NCBI GenBank assembly: GCA_021772515.1
Contig: JAJFLU010000009.1
Coordinates: forward strand, 5,929-69,928
Length of the DNA: 64,000 nt
Origin: Opitutales bacterium
GTDB lineage: Bacteria; Verrucomicrobiota; Verrucomicrobiia; Opitutales; UBA2987
Direction: 5' to 3'
Shown: one piece after another, positions 1 to 9,115 of the stretch
How the letters are laid out: each line of letters begins with the position of its first letter
How positions within the stretch are numbered: the stretch's first letter is position 1
Position numbers and translations under genes: made by a program
The notes under the pieces: generated by a model
The model's input: the letters and a program-made list of their open reading frames with translations, nothing else
Told to the model about the DNA's origin: nothing
Databases searched by the model: none

Positions 1-2
1 AT

Positions 3-104
3 GTGCTGCGGCATCGCATAATCGTCAGTTACGAAGCGGAGGCAGAGGACATGACGAGCGAGGCGATCATCACCAAAATTTTTGAAACCGTGCCGGTGCC
101 TTAA
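3..104 (+). CDS. MoxR-like AAA+ ATPase, C-terminal fragment (5' end outside window)
   Basis: Frame 3 reads VLRHRIIVSYEAEAEDMTSEAIITKIFETVPVP then stop. This resembles the conserved C-terminal tail of MoxR-family ATPases. It lies directly upstream of a DUF58 gene, as in Bat/MoxR operons. Confidence 0.6.
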   Translation: MLRHRIIVSYEAEAEDMTSEAIITKIFETVPVP

Positions 105-174
105 TTGAGGCTCCGATCCATTTAAATGCGCCCGGGAAGTATCCATCCGATTTAAAAAACGGTAACCAACTCTC

Positions 175-1107
175 ATGCCTGAAACCGCAGAAATCACCAA
201 GCAAATCCTGAAAAAGGTGCGGCAGGTGGAAATCCGCAGTCGCCGATTTGTGACCGATGCGATGGCGGGCGCCTACCATAGCGTATTCAAGGGGCAGGGG
301 ATGGATTTCGAGGAAGTGCGCGAGTATGCACCGGGGGACGATGTGCGGGATATCGACTGGAATGTGACGGCCAAAATGGACCGGCCATTCGTGAAAAAAT
401 ACCGGGAGGAGCGGGAGTTGACGATCATGCTTTGCGTGGATTTGAGCGCCTCGGGGGATTTTGGGTCGGTCGAGCAGAGTAAGCGGGAATTGGCGGCGGA
501 GTTGGCCAGCGTGCTCGCTTTTTCGGCCACGAGAAACAACGACAAGGTAGGGCTGCTATTGTTTACGGACCAGATCGAGAAGGTAATTTTCCCCAAGAAA
601 GGCCGCCAGCACGTCCTCCGTGTGATTCGGGATATTCTCTTTTTCGAGCCTCAAAACAGGGGAACCGACATCCCCATGGCATTGCGGTATCTCAATAAAA
701 TCCTGCGGCGGAAAGCGGTGACGTTTTTACTCTCGGATTTTATCACGGAGGAATCCCTGGCCTGGATACGACCGGCGACCCATAAAAAAGACGACCTTTA
801 CAAGACCATTCAGCTGACAAACAAGCGGCACGATCTTATCTGCGTCGATTTGTCGGACCCGAGGGAATTTGAACTGCCCAATGTGGGCATCATCACACTG
901 GAAGACGCCGAAACCGGTGAAATGGTTGAAATCGATACCGCCAACAGCCAATTACGGAATCTTTACCGCCACCAAAATGCCAAGCGGCATGAGTCGCTGC
1001 GGCGTGGCTTGCGTTCGAGTGGGGTGGACCATCTTTCGGTTTCCACCTCCGAGCCCTATATCTCCGCGCTGAGGGAATTTTTCATCAAAAGGGGGCGACG
1101 CCGATGA
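175..1107 (+). CDS. DUF58 domain protein (MoxR-associated, vWA-like)
   Basis: 310 aa ORF. Motifs GQGMDFEEVREYAPGDDVRDIDWNVTAK and LCVDLSASG are typical of DUF58. Its stop overlaps the next start (ATGA). Confidence 0.9.
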   Translation: MPETAEITKQILKKVRQVEIRSRRFVTDAMAGAYHSVFKGQGMDFEEVREYAPGDDVRDIDWNVTAKMDRPFVKKYREERELTIMLCVDLSASGDFGSVEQSKRELAAELASVLAFSATRNNDKVGLLLFTDQIEKVIFPKKGRQHVLRVIRDILFFEPQNRGTDIPMALRYLNKILRRKAVTFLLSDFITEESLAWIRPATHKKDDLYKTIQLTNKRHDLICVDLSDPREFELPNVGIITLEDAETGEMVEIDTANSQLRNLYRHQNAKRHESLRRGLRSSGVDHLSVSTSEPYISALREFFIKRGRRR

Positions 1108-1877
1108 TGGGGCGCATTTTCAGAATTGGTTTACTCCTGCTGGTATTGGTAGTTTCGGGAGGAGGATTGCAGGGGCAGATCACCATACCGCTGGACATAA
1201 TTCCCGAACCGGCTGAAGAGGAAACTGCTCAAGGCGGCCCCTCCCCTGCTGCTGTGCCACCGACTGCTGAGGAGGATTTCGTGGAGATTCGCGATATACG
1301 GGGTCCTGTTTCCATACCCAACCCCTGGAAACCCTATCTGATCGCGGCTGGAGTTTTGGTGGGGCTGGTTCTGCTGGCATATCTGATTCGAGCCCTGGTG
1401 CGGAGACTTCGGCAAAAACCGGAACCGATTCTGATCAGCCCGTATGAGCAGGCGCTGCAGGAGTTGGATGCCACACGGCCCCTGATGAGGGCGGGCGAGG
1501 ACAAAGCCTTTTCCATCGCGGTATCGGATGCGGTTCGGTATTTTCTGGAGCGGCAATTCGATATGCCCGCACCCGAAAGCACGACCGAGGAGTTTCTCTC
1601 CACGATCAGCGACCACCCATTGATCAAAGGGCCGTTGGCGGATAATTTTTCGCGATTTCTGCAACTTTGCGATCTGGCTAAATTTGCCCGCTATCCACTC
1701 GGCCTTTCGGGGATGGAGGATCTTTTGGGGTCGGGGCAAAAACTGGTCGAGGAGACATATGTCAAACATAAGATGCGTGTCCGGCTTTTGGCCGAGGCGG
1801 ATAAAAAAGACAAAGGAGATGCTCCGGGCACCCCAAATCACCAAACGGAGGAGGAGCCGGTTCTGGCAGAGTCATGA
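1104..1877 (+). CDS. DUF4381-like membrane protein of Bat operon
   Basis: 257 aa with a signal/TM segment, a second TM (YLIAAGVLVGLVLLAYLI) and a C-terminal TTEEFL...LCDLAKFA pattern. It sits between DUF58 and BatA and is coupled at both ends. Confidence 0.7.
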   Translation: MMGRIFRIGLLLLVLVVSGGGLQGQITIPLDIIPEPAEEETAQGGPSPAAVPPTAEEDFVEIRDIRGPVSIPNPWKPYLIAAGVLVGLVLLAYLIRALVRRLRQKPEPILISPYEQALQELDATRPLMRAGEDKAFSIAVSDAVRYFLERQFDMPAPESTTEEFLSTISDHPLIKGPLADNFSRFLQLCDLAKFARYPLGLSGMEDLLGSGQKLVEETYVKHKMRVRLLAEADKKDKGDAPGTPNHQTEEEPVLAES

Positions 1878-2902
1878 TGTTTCGCTTCGCATCGCCCGAA
1901 TTACTGTGGCTGTTGGCGCTCTTGCCGTTGCTTGCCCTGCTCAAGGGTCGCCAAGGCAGCGCAGCCTCGATACGCTTTCCGGCGACGGCATTGGCGCGGC
2001 AGATCTCGGCCTTCGTGCGGAGCCGTCCGGGGCGTTTTTTGGTCAATATGCGTTTAATCGCGCTCAGCCTGTTAATTCTGGCCCTGGCCCGCCCGCAGTT
2101 TGGCAGCGGGGTCAATGAGATAGAGGCGAGCGGGATCGATATCGTGTTGGCGGTGGATCTCTCGACCTCGATGTGGGCGCATGATTTCAAGGTAAAGAGA
2201 AAGCCGACGGATCGGTTGACCGTAGTTAAAACCGTGATGGAGGACTTTATCGAAAAAAGACCGAATGACCGGATCGGGATTGTGGCCTTTGCCGCCGCCC
2301 CTTATTTGGTCAGCCCGCTGACGTTGAACCATGAGTGGCTCCAGCAAAATCTGAAGCGGCTCAGGATAGGGATGATCGAGGATGGCACGGCGATCGGCTC
2401 GGCCATCGGGACCAGCGTGAACCGGCTGCGTGCTCAAAAAGCGAAGAGCCGCATACTGATTCTCTTGACCGATGGGGCCAACAATCGTGGAAAAATAAGC
2501 CCCGCCGCCGCCGCCGAAGCCGCCGCTGCCTACGGTATAAAGGCCTACACGGTGGGAGTCGGTAAAGAGGGGCAGGTGGACTTTCCCATCGGGCTTGATA
2601 ATGAGGGCAACCCGAGACGCGACCGACGGGGAAGAATCATCCTGCGGCCCAGCCTTTCGACCATCGACATGGAATCGCTAAAAACAATCGCCGAAACCAC
2701 CGGCGCGCAGTATTTTCGGGCGACCGATGTGGAGGCGCTGGAAGAAATTTACGACGAAATCGACCGGTTGGAAAAATCCGAAATCAAGATGAAATTCCGG
2801 GCCTCGTTTACAGATATGTTCAAATGGCCCGCCCTGGCCGGACTCTTGATCCTTTTGATGGAATTACTTCTCGGCCAAACCCGCTACAGGAGGCTGCCAT
2901 GA
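1874..2902 (+). CDS. batA: vWA domain membrane protein BatA
   Basis: 342 aa with N- and C-terminal TM helices. MIDAS motif VLAVDLSTSM plus LLTDGANN. Position matches BatA in the Bat operon. Confidence 0.9.
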   Translation: MMFRFASPELLWLLALLPLLALLKGRQGSAASIRFPATALARQISAFVRSRPGRFLVNMRLIALSLLILALARPQFGSGVNEIEASGIDIVLAVDLSTSMWAHDFKVKRKPTDRLTVVKTVMEDFIEKRPNDRIGIVAFAAAPYLVSPLTLNHEWLQQNLKRLRIGMIEDGTAIGSAIGTSVNRLRAQKAKSRILILLTDGANNRGKISPAAAAEAAAAYGIKAYTVGVGKEGQVDFPIGLDNEGNPRRDRRGRIILRPSLSTIDMESLKTIAETTGAQYFRATDVEALEEIYDEIDRLEKSEIKMKFRASFTDMFKWPALAGLLILLMELLLGQTRYRRLP

Positions 2903-4797
2903 CTTTTGCCTACAATATATGGCTCATCCTCGGTCTGCTGGCATTGCCCGCATTGGCGGCGCTCTACTATCAGGCGGAAAAAAACAAGACCAAAAAACTG
3001 GCCCATTTCGCCGCCGCAAAGTTATTGCTCGATCTGGCCGCATCGTTTAGCCCGGTAAAGCGAAACATCAAGGCGACCTTGAGCGTGATCGGGATTTTTC
3101 TCATCATGATTGCGCTGGCGCAGCCACAGTGGGGTTACGACTGGCAGGAGACGAAGGGAAAGGGGATCGACATTCTGATCGCGCTGGATACCTCAAAAAG
3201 TATGCTGGCAGAGGACATCCGGCCAAATCGGCTGGAGCGGGCCAAACTGGCGATACTCGACCTCGCTGAACGGGTCGAGGGAGATCGGCTGGGCCTGATC
3301 GCCTTTTCGGGGAGCGCATTTTTGCAATGCCCGCTGACCCTCGATTACGATGCCTTCAGCCAAACCCTGGAAACCGTCGATACGGGAATAATATCCAGGG
3401 GGGGAACCAATATCGCGGCGGCCATCGCCGAGGCCGAGGTATCCTTTGCCGAAAAAGACAATTTCAAGATTCTGGTTCTCATAACCGATGGGGAAGACCT
3501 GCGGGCAGCCGGTATCGAACAGGCCCGGAAGGCGGCCGAGAACGGAGTGAAAATCTATACCGTGGGGGTGGGGAGCGTTTCCGGTGAACTGATTCCGGTG
3601 CGAGACGAAAACGGCGGAGTCGATTTTCTGCGAGACGAGCAGGGAAATGTGGTCAAAACGCGGCTCGATGAGAATACCCTGGCGACCATCTCTGAAGTCA
3701 CGGATGGGTTTTACACACACCTCGGGAGCACTGGTCAGGGGTTGGAACAGGTTTACACGGTGGGGCTTCAATCAATACCCAAAGAGGAGCGGGAAGCCCG
3801 TTTGCAGCAAGTTCCTCAGGAGCGTTTTCAATGGCCGTTGGGGCTGGCGGTGCTTTTTCTGGTAGCGGAAACCTTTCTGGGAACCCGGAAAAGGAATATC
3901 GGCTATTCCCCGATACCACTGCGCTGGACGGTCGCGCTGGCTCTCGCCGCGCTTCCGGTATTGGAAACCTCGTTGAAGGCATCTCCCGGAAAAGGCGAAA
4001 AGTTTTTTCAGGAGGGGGATTTCGAAAAAGCTGGCGAGGAATATCTGAAAGCGGCGGAAGACAAGCCCGACGACCCTCGGCTGCAATACAATCTTGGGGC
4101 TACTCAATACCGGTTGGGGCATTTTGAAGAGGCCGAGCAAACACTGTCGAAAGCCTTGGAAACGGATGATCCCATTCTGCAAAAAGACGCTTATTACAAC
4201 TTGGGAAATACCCATTATCGGTTGGGAGAAGCCACCAAGGAGATTGATCCCGCGGGGACCATCGAGATTTGGGAGGAAGGATTGAAGGACTACGAAAACA
4301 GCCTCAACATCGCGCCCGAGGACGAGGATGCCAAATTCAATTACGATCTGTTGAAAAAGAGGATTGAGGCGCTCAAAGAGCAGCAACAAGAACAGAATCA
4401 GGACAACAAGGATCAGGAAGACAAAGAGGAAGGCGAGGATCAGGAGAATCAGGATTCCGACTCCGAGCAAAATCAAGACCAACAGGACTCAAAGGAAGAA
4501 GAGGGCCAAGAGCAGGATCAGAAGGAATCGGAGAAAGGCGAGGACGAGCAAAGTCAAAATCAGGACCAAAAAGAAGGAGAACAGAATGAAGAGGAGGGGC
4601 AGCAGCAATCTTCGGAAGGTGATGAGAAAAAAGAAGGTGAGGAGGAACAGGCCCAGAGTATTCCCGGTCGAATGAGCCGCGAGGAGGCCCGGCATTTGCT
4701 CGAAGCGATGAGAAATGACGAAAAAAAGCTTCCGGTCATTCAATTCGAAGTGGCAGATCCCAAGGGTGAAAAAAATGCCCCCGTTCGCGATTGGTAA
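2899..4797 (+). CDS. batB: vWA + TPR membrane protein (BatB fused to a BatC-like TPR region) with acidic low-complexity tail
   Basis: I chose the ATG at 2899 (MTFAYNIWLILG), which overlaps the batA stop (ATGA), rather than the longer track ORF. MIDAS motif ALDTSKSM plus LITDGED, then TPR-like repeats (YNLGATQYRLGHFEEA, YYNLGNTHYRLGE), then an E/Q/D/K-rich tail. Confidence 0.85.
   Translation: MTFAYNIWLILGLLALPALAALYYQAEKNKTKKLAHFAAAKLLLDLAASFSPVKRNIKATLSVIGIFLIMIALAQPQWGYDWQETKGKGIDILIALDTSKSMLAEDIRPNRLERAKLAILDLAERVEGDRLGLIAFSGSAFLQCPLTLDYDAFSQTLETVDTGIISRGGTNIAAAIAEAEVSFAEKDNFKILVLITDGEDLRAAGIEQARKAAENGVKIYTVGVGSVSGELIPVRDENGGVDFLRDEQGNVVKTRLDENTLATISEVTDGFYTHLGSTGQGLEQVYTVGLQSIPKEEREARLQQVPQERFQWPLGLAVLFLVAETFLGTRKRNIGYSPIPLRWTVALALAALPVLETSLKASPGKGEKFFQEGDFEKAGEEYLKAAEDKPDDPRLQYNLGATQYRLGHFEEAEQTLSKALETDDPILQKDAYYNLGNTHYRLGEATKEIDPAGTIEIWEEGLKDYENSLNIAPEDEDAKFNYDLLKKRIEALKEQQQEQNQDNKDQEDKEEGEDQENQDSDSEQNQDQQDSKEEEGQEQDQKESEKGEDEQSQNQDQKEGEQNEEEGQQQSSEGDEKKEGEEEQAQSIPGRMSREEARHLLEAMRNDEKKLPVIQFEVADPKGEKNAPVRDW
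4378..4656 (+). repeat. Low-complexity acidic E/Q/D/K coding tract inside batB
   Basis: About 93 codons made almost only of E, Q, D, K, N, G and S (EQQQEQNQDNKDQEDKEEGEDQENQDSDSEQNQDQQDSKEEEGQEQDQ...). The DNA is built from reiterated cag/gag/gat/aag units. Confidence 0.85.
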
Positions 4798-6605
4798 TGA
4801 ATACATCCATCAAAAGATTTTTTCTCGCAGTGTTTGCCGGTGGATTTTTTCTGGCCTTAAATACTGGCTTAATCGCCCAAAATACGAGAGGGACGAGCCA
4901 GTTTGACCCCGCCACGGTAACTCTTGGGCAAAATGCCAATTATGTGGTGACGGTGGAAATAAAATCCGGCGCTAAATTCACCCCACCGGCTCCAGCGGGC
5001 CTCGAACTGACTTATTTGGGTCCATCGCAGAGTATGCAAAGCACCTACTCAAACGGTAAATTTGATACCCTGGTGCAAACCTCTTTTAGATTTCGGGCCA
5101 CCGCACAGGCTACCGGCTCTTACAAAGTCCCCGCCTTTACACTCAAACTGGAAGGGAAAAACTTCGATGTGCCGGAGGCGACATTCACCGTCCTGCCGCC
5201 GGATGGGAAAAGTCAGGTTTCTCTGGACGAAGTTTCATTTCTTAAACTGGTTTGCCCGGACACACCGATTTATGTGGGGCAGGTGGCTCGTTGTGCGCTT
5301 AACCTCTATGTGCTGACCGCATTTAAGGACGCCCGTTTCAATCCACCAATCCAGTCGGGAGACGCTTTTTCCCAAGGCGGCATCGATGAGAATGGGATAA
5401 AGTCCGGGGAGCGGATCGCTGATCTCAATTACAACAAGATCGCGTGGCCGGTCACATTTACACCGCTCAAATCGGGCCTTCAAAAAATCGAATACCAAAT
5501 GCTGGTCGAGTTCACCGTGCCAAGCGCCAACAGGCAGCGACGCACCTCCCGCAATGACATTTTCGGCGGGTTTTTCAACCTTCGCGAGCAGCGGCAACAA
5601 CTCAACCTGACCACAAAGGAAATCACCTTGAATATTCTAGCCCTGCCGGAGGAAGGTAAACCGGAGAACTTTTCCGGTGCCATCGGGCATTTTAAGGTGA
5701 CCCAAAACCTCTCGGCGGAGGAGATGAACGCCGGGGATCCGTTGACCCTGACTCTGGTGGTGTCGGGCGAGGGAAATTTTGAGCGGATACAGCCGCCGGA
5801 AATCGAGATTGGGCAGGATTGGAAAACCTACACGCCAAAAGTCGAGTTTACACCCCGTGACACTTTGAATTTCAAGGGTTCAAAAACCTTTGAGTACGTG
5901 CTGATTCCCCAAAATGAGGAGGTGAACCATACCCCGAAAATCGAGTTCAACTATTTTGATTCCGATGCGGCACGGTATGTCGAAGCAACGCTGCCCTCAG
6001 CCACAGTGACCGTGAATCCAGCGCCATTGGGAACGGCAACCTTTACCGCGATCTCCCCTTTGCAAAACGGATCGGGCCAAACCCCGCGCGAAAAAACCTT
6101 GCTCGCGATCCAGCTTTTTCCGGGGAAATGGGTGGCTACCTTGCGTCCGATATTCACCTCTCCGCGATTTTTTGCGGTTCAAGCGGCGCCACTTTTTCTT
6201 CTCGGTGGCATCGTGTTCCTGCGTAAAAGACAGCTCCGACTACGCGAGGATTTTTACTACGCCCGAAACCTGAAGGCAGGGAAATCCATGCGCAAATGGC
6301 TTCAAAACTCGAAAAAGGCGGCCACGGCCAACGAGCCGGAGGCATTTTTTGCCGCCTCTCAGCGGGCCATTCAGGAAAGCTTCAGTCGGCATTTCAAGCA
6401 GAGAGCCGATACCCTGACCCAATCGGAAATTTTAAGCTTTCTCGAATCAAAAGACGCGGGGGCCGAATTGATGAATGAAGTGAGCAACTTTTTCCAAACC
6501 GCAGACGCCATAAAATTTGCGGGCAGCGTAGCGGAATCTCCCTCCCTCAAAGAAAGGGAAAAAACGCTCTCCCAGCTTGTCGCTCAATTAACCAATTTGA
6601 AATGA
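4797..6605 (+). CDS. batD: BatD-family (oxygen tolerance) protein
   Basis: The ATG at 4797 overlaps the batB stop (TAATG). Signal peptide MNTSIKRFFLAVFAGGFFLALNTGLIAQ, a large periplasmic region, one late TM helix (AAPLFLLGGIVFL) and a cytoplasmic tail, as in BatD. Confidence 0.8.
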   Translation: MNTSIKRFFLAVFAGGFFLALNTGLIAQNTRGTSQFDPATVTLGQNANYVVTVEIKSGAKFTPPAPAGLELTYLGPSQSMQSTYSNGKFDTLVQTSFRFRATAQATGSYKVPAFTLKLEGKNFDVPEATFTVLPPDGKSQVSLDEVSFLKLVCPDTPIYVGQVARCALNLYVLTAFKDARFNPPIQSGDAFSQGGIDENGIKSGERIADLNYNKIAWPVTFTPLKSGLQKIEYQMLVEFTVPSANRQRRTSRNDIFGGFFNLREQRQQLNLTTKEITLNILALPEEGKPENFSGAIGHFKVTQNLSAEEMNAGDPLTLTLVVSGEGNFERIQPPEIEIGQDWKTYTPKVEFTPRDTLNFKGSKTFEYVLIPQNEEVNHTPKIEFNYFDSDAARYVEATLPSATVTVNPAPLGTATFTAISPLQNGSGQTPREKTLLAIQLFPGKWVATLRPIFTSPRFFAVQAAPLFLLGGIVFLRKRQLRLREDFYYARNLKAGKSMRKWLQNSKKAATANEPEAFFAASQRAIQESFSRHFKQRADTLTQSEILSFLESKDAGAELMNEVSNFFQTADAIKFAGSVAESPSLKEREKTLSQLVAQLTNLK

Positions 6606-7345
6606 AATTGCTCCAAATACTTTTTTTGACCGGCGCATTGCCGCTCGTGTTTGGGCTATCGTTCGCGCATGGGCTGGAGGGACCGGACGAGCTTTTCAAC
6701 CAAGCCAACGAAGCCTATAGTCAGGAGGAGTTTGAGGGAGCCATCAATCTCTACCAAGAATGTCTTCAAGAGGCGGAGTCTGCGCCTTTGCACTACAATA
6801 TCGCAAACGCCTATCAGAAAGCGGGGGACACCGGGCGCGCCATCCTTCATTACGAAAAGTCCCTTGCTCTGGACCCCGCCAACCCCGATGTGGCGGCCAA
6901 CCTGAGCTTCGTGCGCGAGGCGGCTGAACTCCCCGCCCGGTCATTTGGGGCGACCACCCGATTGGGCCAACAACTACCGGTAAACGTCTGGGGTTGGCTC
7001 GCGGCAGGCGGTTTTTGGGCATCCCTGGCCTTTCTGATTCTGCCTCGCTTTTATGGCGGCCCACGAGCGCTTACACGCCTTCTTTTTCTTGCCTCTCTGG
7101 CCCTGACATTAACCTCGGGGGTCGCCCTTTTGGGCTACCATAAAATCAGCAACGATGCCGTTATCCTGCAAGCCGATACTCCATTGCGGGTTGCGCCCTC
7201 ACCGCAGAGCAACGAATACGGGTTTCTACAGGCTGGAGAATTGGTAAAAATCGAGAAGCGGCACCAATCCTACCTTTTTATCGATAACTACAACGATAAA
7301 TCAGGCTGGATACTGGCCAAGGAAATCGGAACAATCTGGGAATAG
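6602..7345 (+). CDS. batE: TPR + SH3-like membrane protein (BatE-like)
   Basis: ATGA overlap with batD. Signal peptide, TPR repeats (YNIANAYQKAGDTGRAILHYEKSLALDP), two TM helices and a C-terminal SH3b-like segment (GELVKIEKRHQSYLFIDNYNDKSGWILAKEI). Confidence 0.7.
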   Translation: MKLLQILFLTGALPLVFGLSFAHGLEGPDELFNQANEAYSQEEFEGAINLYQECLQEAESAPLHYNIANAYQKAGDTGRAILHYEKSLALDPANPDVAANLSFVREAAELPARSFGATTRLGQQLPVNVWGWLAAGGFWASLAFLILPRFYGGPRALTRLLFLASLALTLTSGVALLGYHKISNDAVILQADTPLRVAPSPQSNEYGFLQAGELVKIEKRHQSYLFIDNYNDKSGWILAKEIGTIWE

Positions 7346-7392
7346 CCTCGACGTTTGTCGGATTCAGGAGTGTTCAATTTCAGTTATTGAAA

Positions 7393-7770
7393 TCAAATAA
7401 TATCCGCGTAGGCGGATGGGGCGAGGAGAGAGGTTGTTTCTTCGGGGTTATCAATTACCAGCTTTACCATCCAGGCTCGGTTGTAGGGATCGTCGTTGAT
7501 GAGTTCGGGGGCGTCTTCCAAATCTTCGTTGATCTCCATAATTTCTCCACTCAGGGGCATGATTAAATCGGATGCAGCCTTGACCGATTCGACCACCCCG
7601 AAAGTCTCCGCCCGGGCAAAACAATCCCCCGGTTGTGGCAGTTCCACGTAGGTGACATCTCCCAGACTTTGCTGGGCATGGTCAGTGATTCCCACGGTGG
7701 CGACGCCTTCAACGAGGCGCACCCATTCGTGATCTTGGGTATAATACAGGTCGTTCGGAATGTTCTTCAT
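7393..7770 (-). CDS. gcvH: Glycine cleavage system H protein
   Basis: 125 aa. YYTQDHEWVR...GITDHAQ...VESVKAASD, including the lipoyl-lysine motif. Confidence 0.95.
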   Translation of the reverse strand: MKNIPNDLYYTQDHEWVRLVEGVATVGITDHAQQSLGDVTYVELPQPGDCFARAETFGVVESVKAASDLIMPLSGEIMEINEDLEDAPELINDDPYNRAWMVKLVIDNPEETTSLLAPSAYADII

Positions 7771-7818
7771 TTCAATTTCAGATTCGGTAAATTCGATTAA
7801 AGTTTCTGGATGAACAAA

Positions 7819-8907
7819 TTACTTATGCAGGGGAGGCTTCTTAACAGTGAGCGGGGTAATTTGGCCCCGTAAATCCACCTGGAGGTTGTCAAAGTCGATT
7901 CCCTTGTTTGAAACGAGGGCGGAACCGATCGGCTGATCGAGTATGGGAGAAAAACTGCCCGAAACCACCTTTCCGACCTCTGATCCGCCAAAGAGCACAG
8001 GGGTGCCGGGCCGGGCGATTCGGCGGCTTTCGAGGTAAAAATGAATGATCCGCCGTGAGCGGCCTCTGGCTTTTTCAGCCGCCAGGGCTGCCTTGCCGAT
8101 AAAGTCATTTTCCTTGTTCAACTTAACCGACCAGCCCAAACCGGCCTCGATGGGTGAAATGCTATCGGTTATTTCATGTCCGTAAAGGGCGAATCCGGCT
8201 TCCAGACGCAGGCTGTCACGGGCTCCCAAGCCACAAAAACCGCAACCCAGATACTTCCCGGCATCGAGAACACTGCTGGCAATAATGGGGCCGACATCCC
8301 AGGGACAGTAAATTTCCACCCCGTCCTCGCCGGTATATCCCGTCCTGCTAATCATGGCTGGAACCCCTGCCACGACAGCCTCGACAAAGGAAAATCGAGG
8401 CATTTCATCCAGTTTCACCACGGTCAGTGGCGCCAGGACTTGCAGCGCGAGGGGACCTTGTAAAGCCAGTTGGGTATAGTCAGCGGAGACATCCTCGATC
8501 TGGCAATTATAGGGAGCGCCCTGTTCACGGATCCAATCGAAGTCGGATTCGGTATTGCCCGCATTGATACAAAGCATATAGGAAGTGCGGGTGCAGCGAT
8601 AAATGAGGAGGTCGTCAACCACGCCGCCGGCAGGGTTGCACATGACGGTGTATTGCGCCCGGCGATTCTCGATTTGCGACACATCGTTGGCCACCAGGTA
8701 GTTTAAAAATTTCTCCGCCATTGGGCCGGAGACCATGACCTCCCCCATATGGCTAACATCGAAAAGGCCAGCAAACTTACGCACCTTCTTGTGCTCCTCG
8801 AGGATGCCCGAATACTGCACCGGCATTTCCCATCCCCCGAACTCGACAAAACGAGCGCCATGTTCTTTGTGAACTTCGTAAAGGGCAGTGCGTTTGGCCG
8901 GATTCAT
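7819..8907 (-). CDS. gcvT: Glycine cleavage system aminomethyltransferase T
   Basis: I chose the start at internal Met MNPAKRTALYEVHKEHGARFVEFGGWEMPVQYSG (cat at 8905-8907). The upstream 56 codons of the track ORF look non-coding. Confidence 0.92.
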   Translation of the reverse strand: MNPAKRTALYEVHKEHGARFVEFGGWEMPVQYSGILEEHKKVRKFAGLFDVSHMGEVMVSGPMAEKFLNYLVANDVSQIENRRAQYTVMCNPAGGVVDDLLIYRCTRTSYMLCINAGNTESDFDWIREQGAPYNCQIEDVSADYTQLALQGPLALQVLAPLTVVKLDEMPRFSFVEAVVAGVPAMISRTGYTGEDGVEIYCPWDVGPIIASSVLDAGKYLGCGFCGLGARDSLRLEAGFALYGHEITDSISPIEAGLGWSVKLNKENDFIGKAALAAEKARGRSRRIIHFYLESRRIARPGTPVLFGGSEVGKVVSGSFSPILDQPIGSALVSNKGIDFDNLQVDLRGQITPLTVKKPPLHK

Positions 8908-9115
8908 AATTTCATCAGTTTCAACCTCTTGATATTGATTCTTTACCGGGCTCCATCCTGATCCTGTAGCGATGTATGAAAGGGCGAAATAGCATGCTCT
9001 AAACGAATTATTGAAATGAAAAAGGTCAAGAAAGAAGGGATTTCTCAATTTTTCAGGACAGGCCAGCGGGCTCAAGAAAAAGAATTTCTTGAATTTTAGG
9101 TAAGGCGGTGTTTAC

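Noticed and set aside
1131-1844. 237-aa minus-strand ORF
   Set aside because: It is antisense to the DUF4381-like gene, which is translationally coupled within the Bat operon. No motifs.
7376-7393. Weak hairpin (ATTTCA-GTTAT-TGAAAT) between convergent batE and gcvH as a bidirectional terminator
   Set aside because: It is only 6 AT base pairs with no flanking U-tract, which is too weak to call a terminator.
8908-9115. Possible glycine riboswitch upstream of gcvT
   Set aside because: I read the minus-strand leader and found none of the conserved glycine-aptamer cores that I recall as GGAGAG ... ACCGAAGGGGCAA ... CUCAGGCAAAAGGAC. The region is AT-rich and looks like plain divergent promoter DNA.
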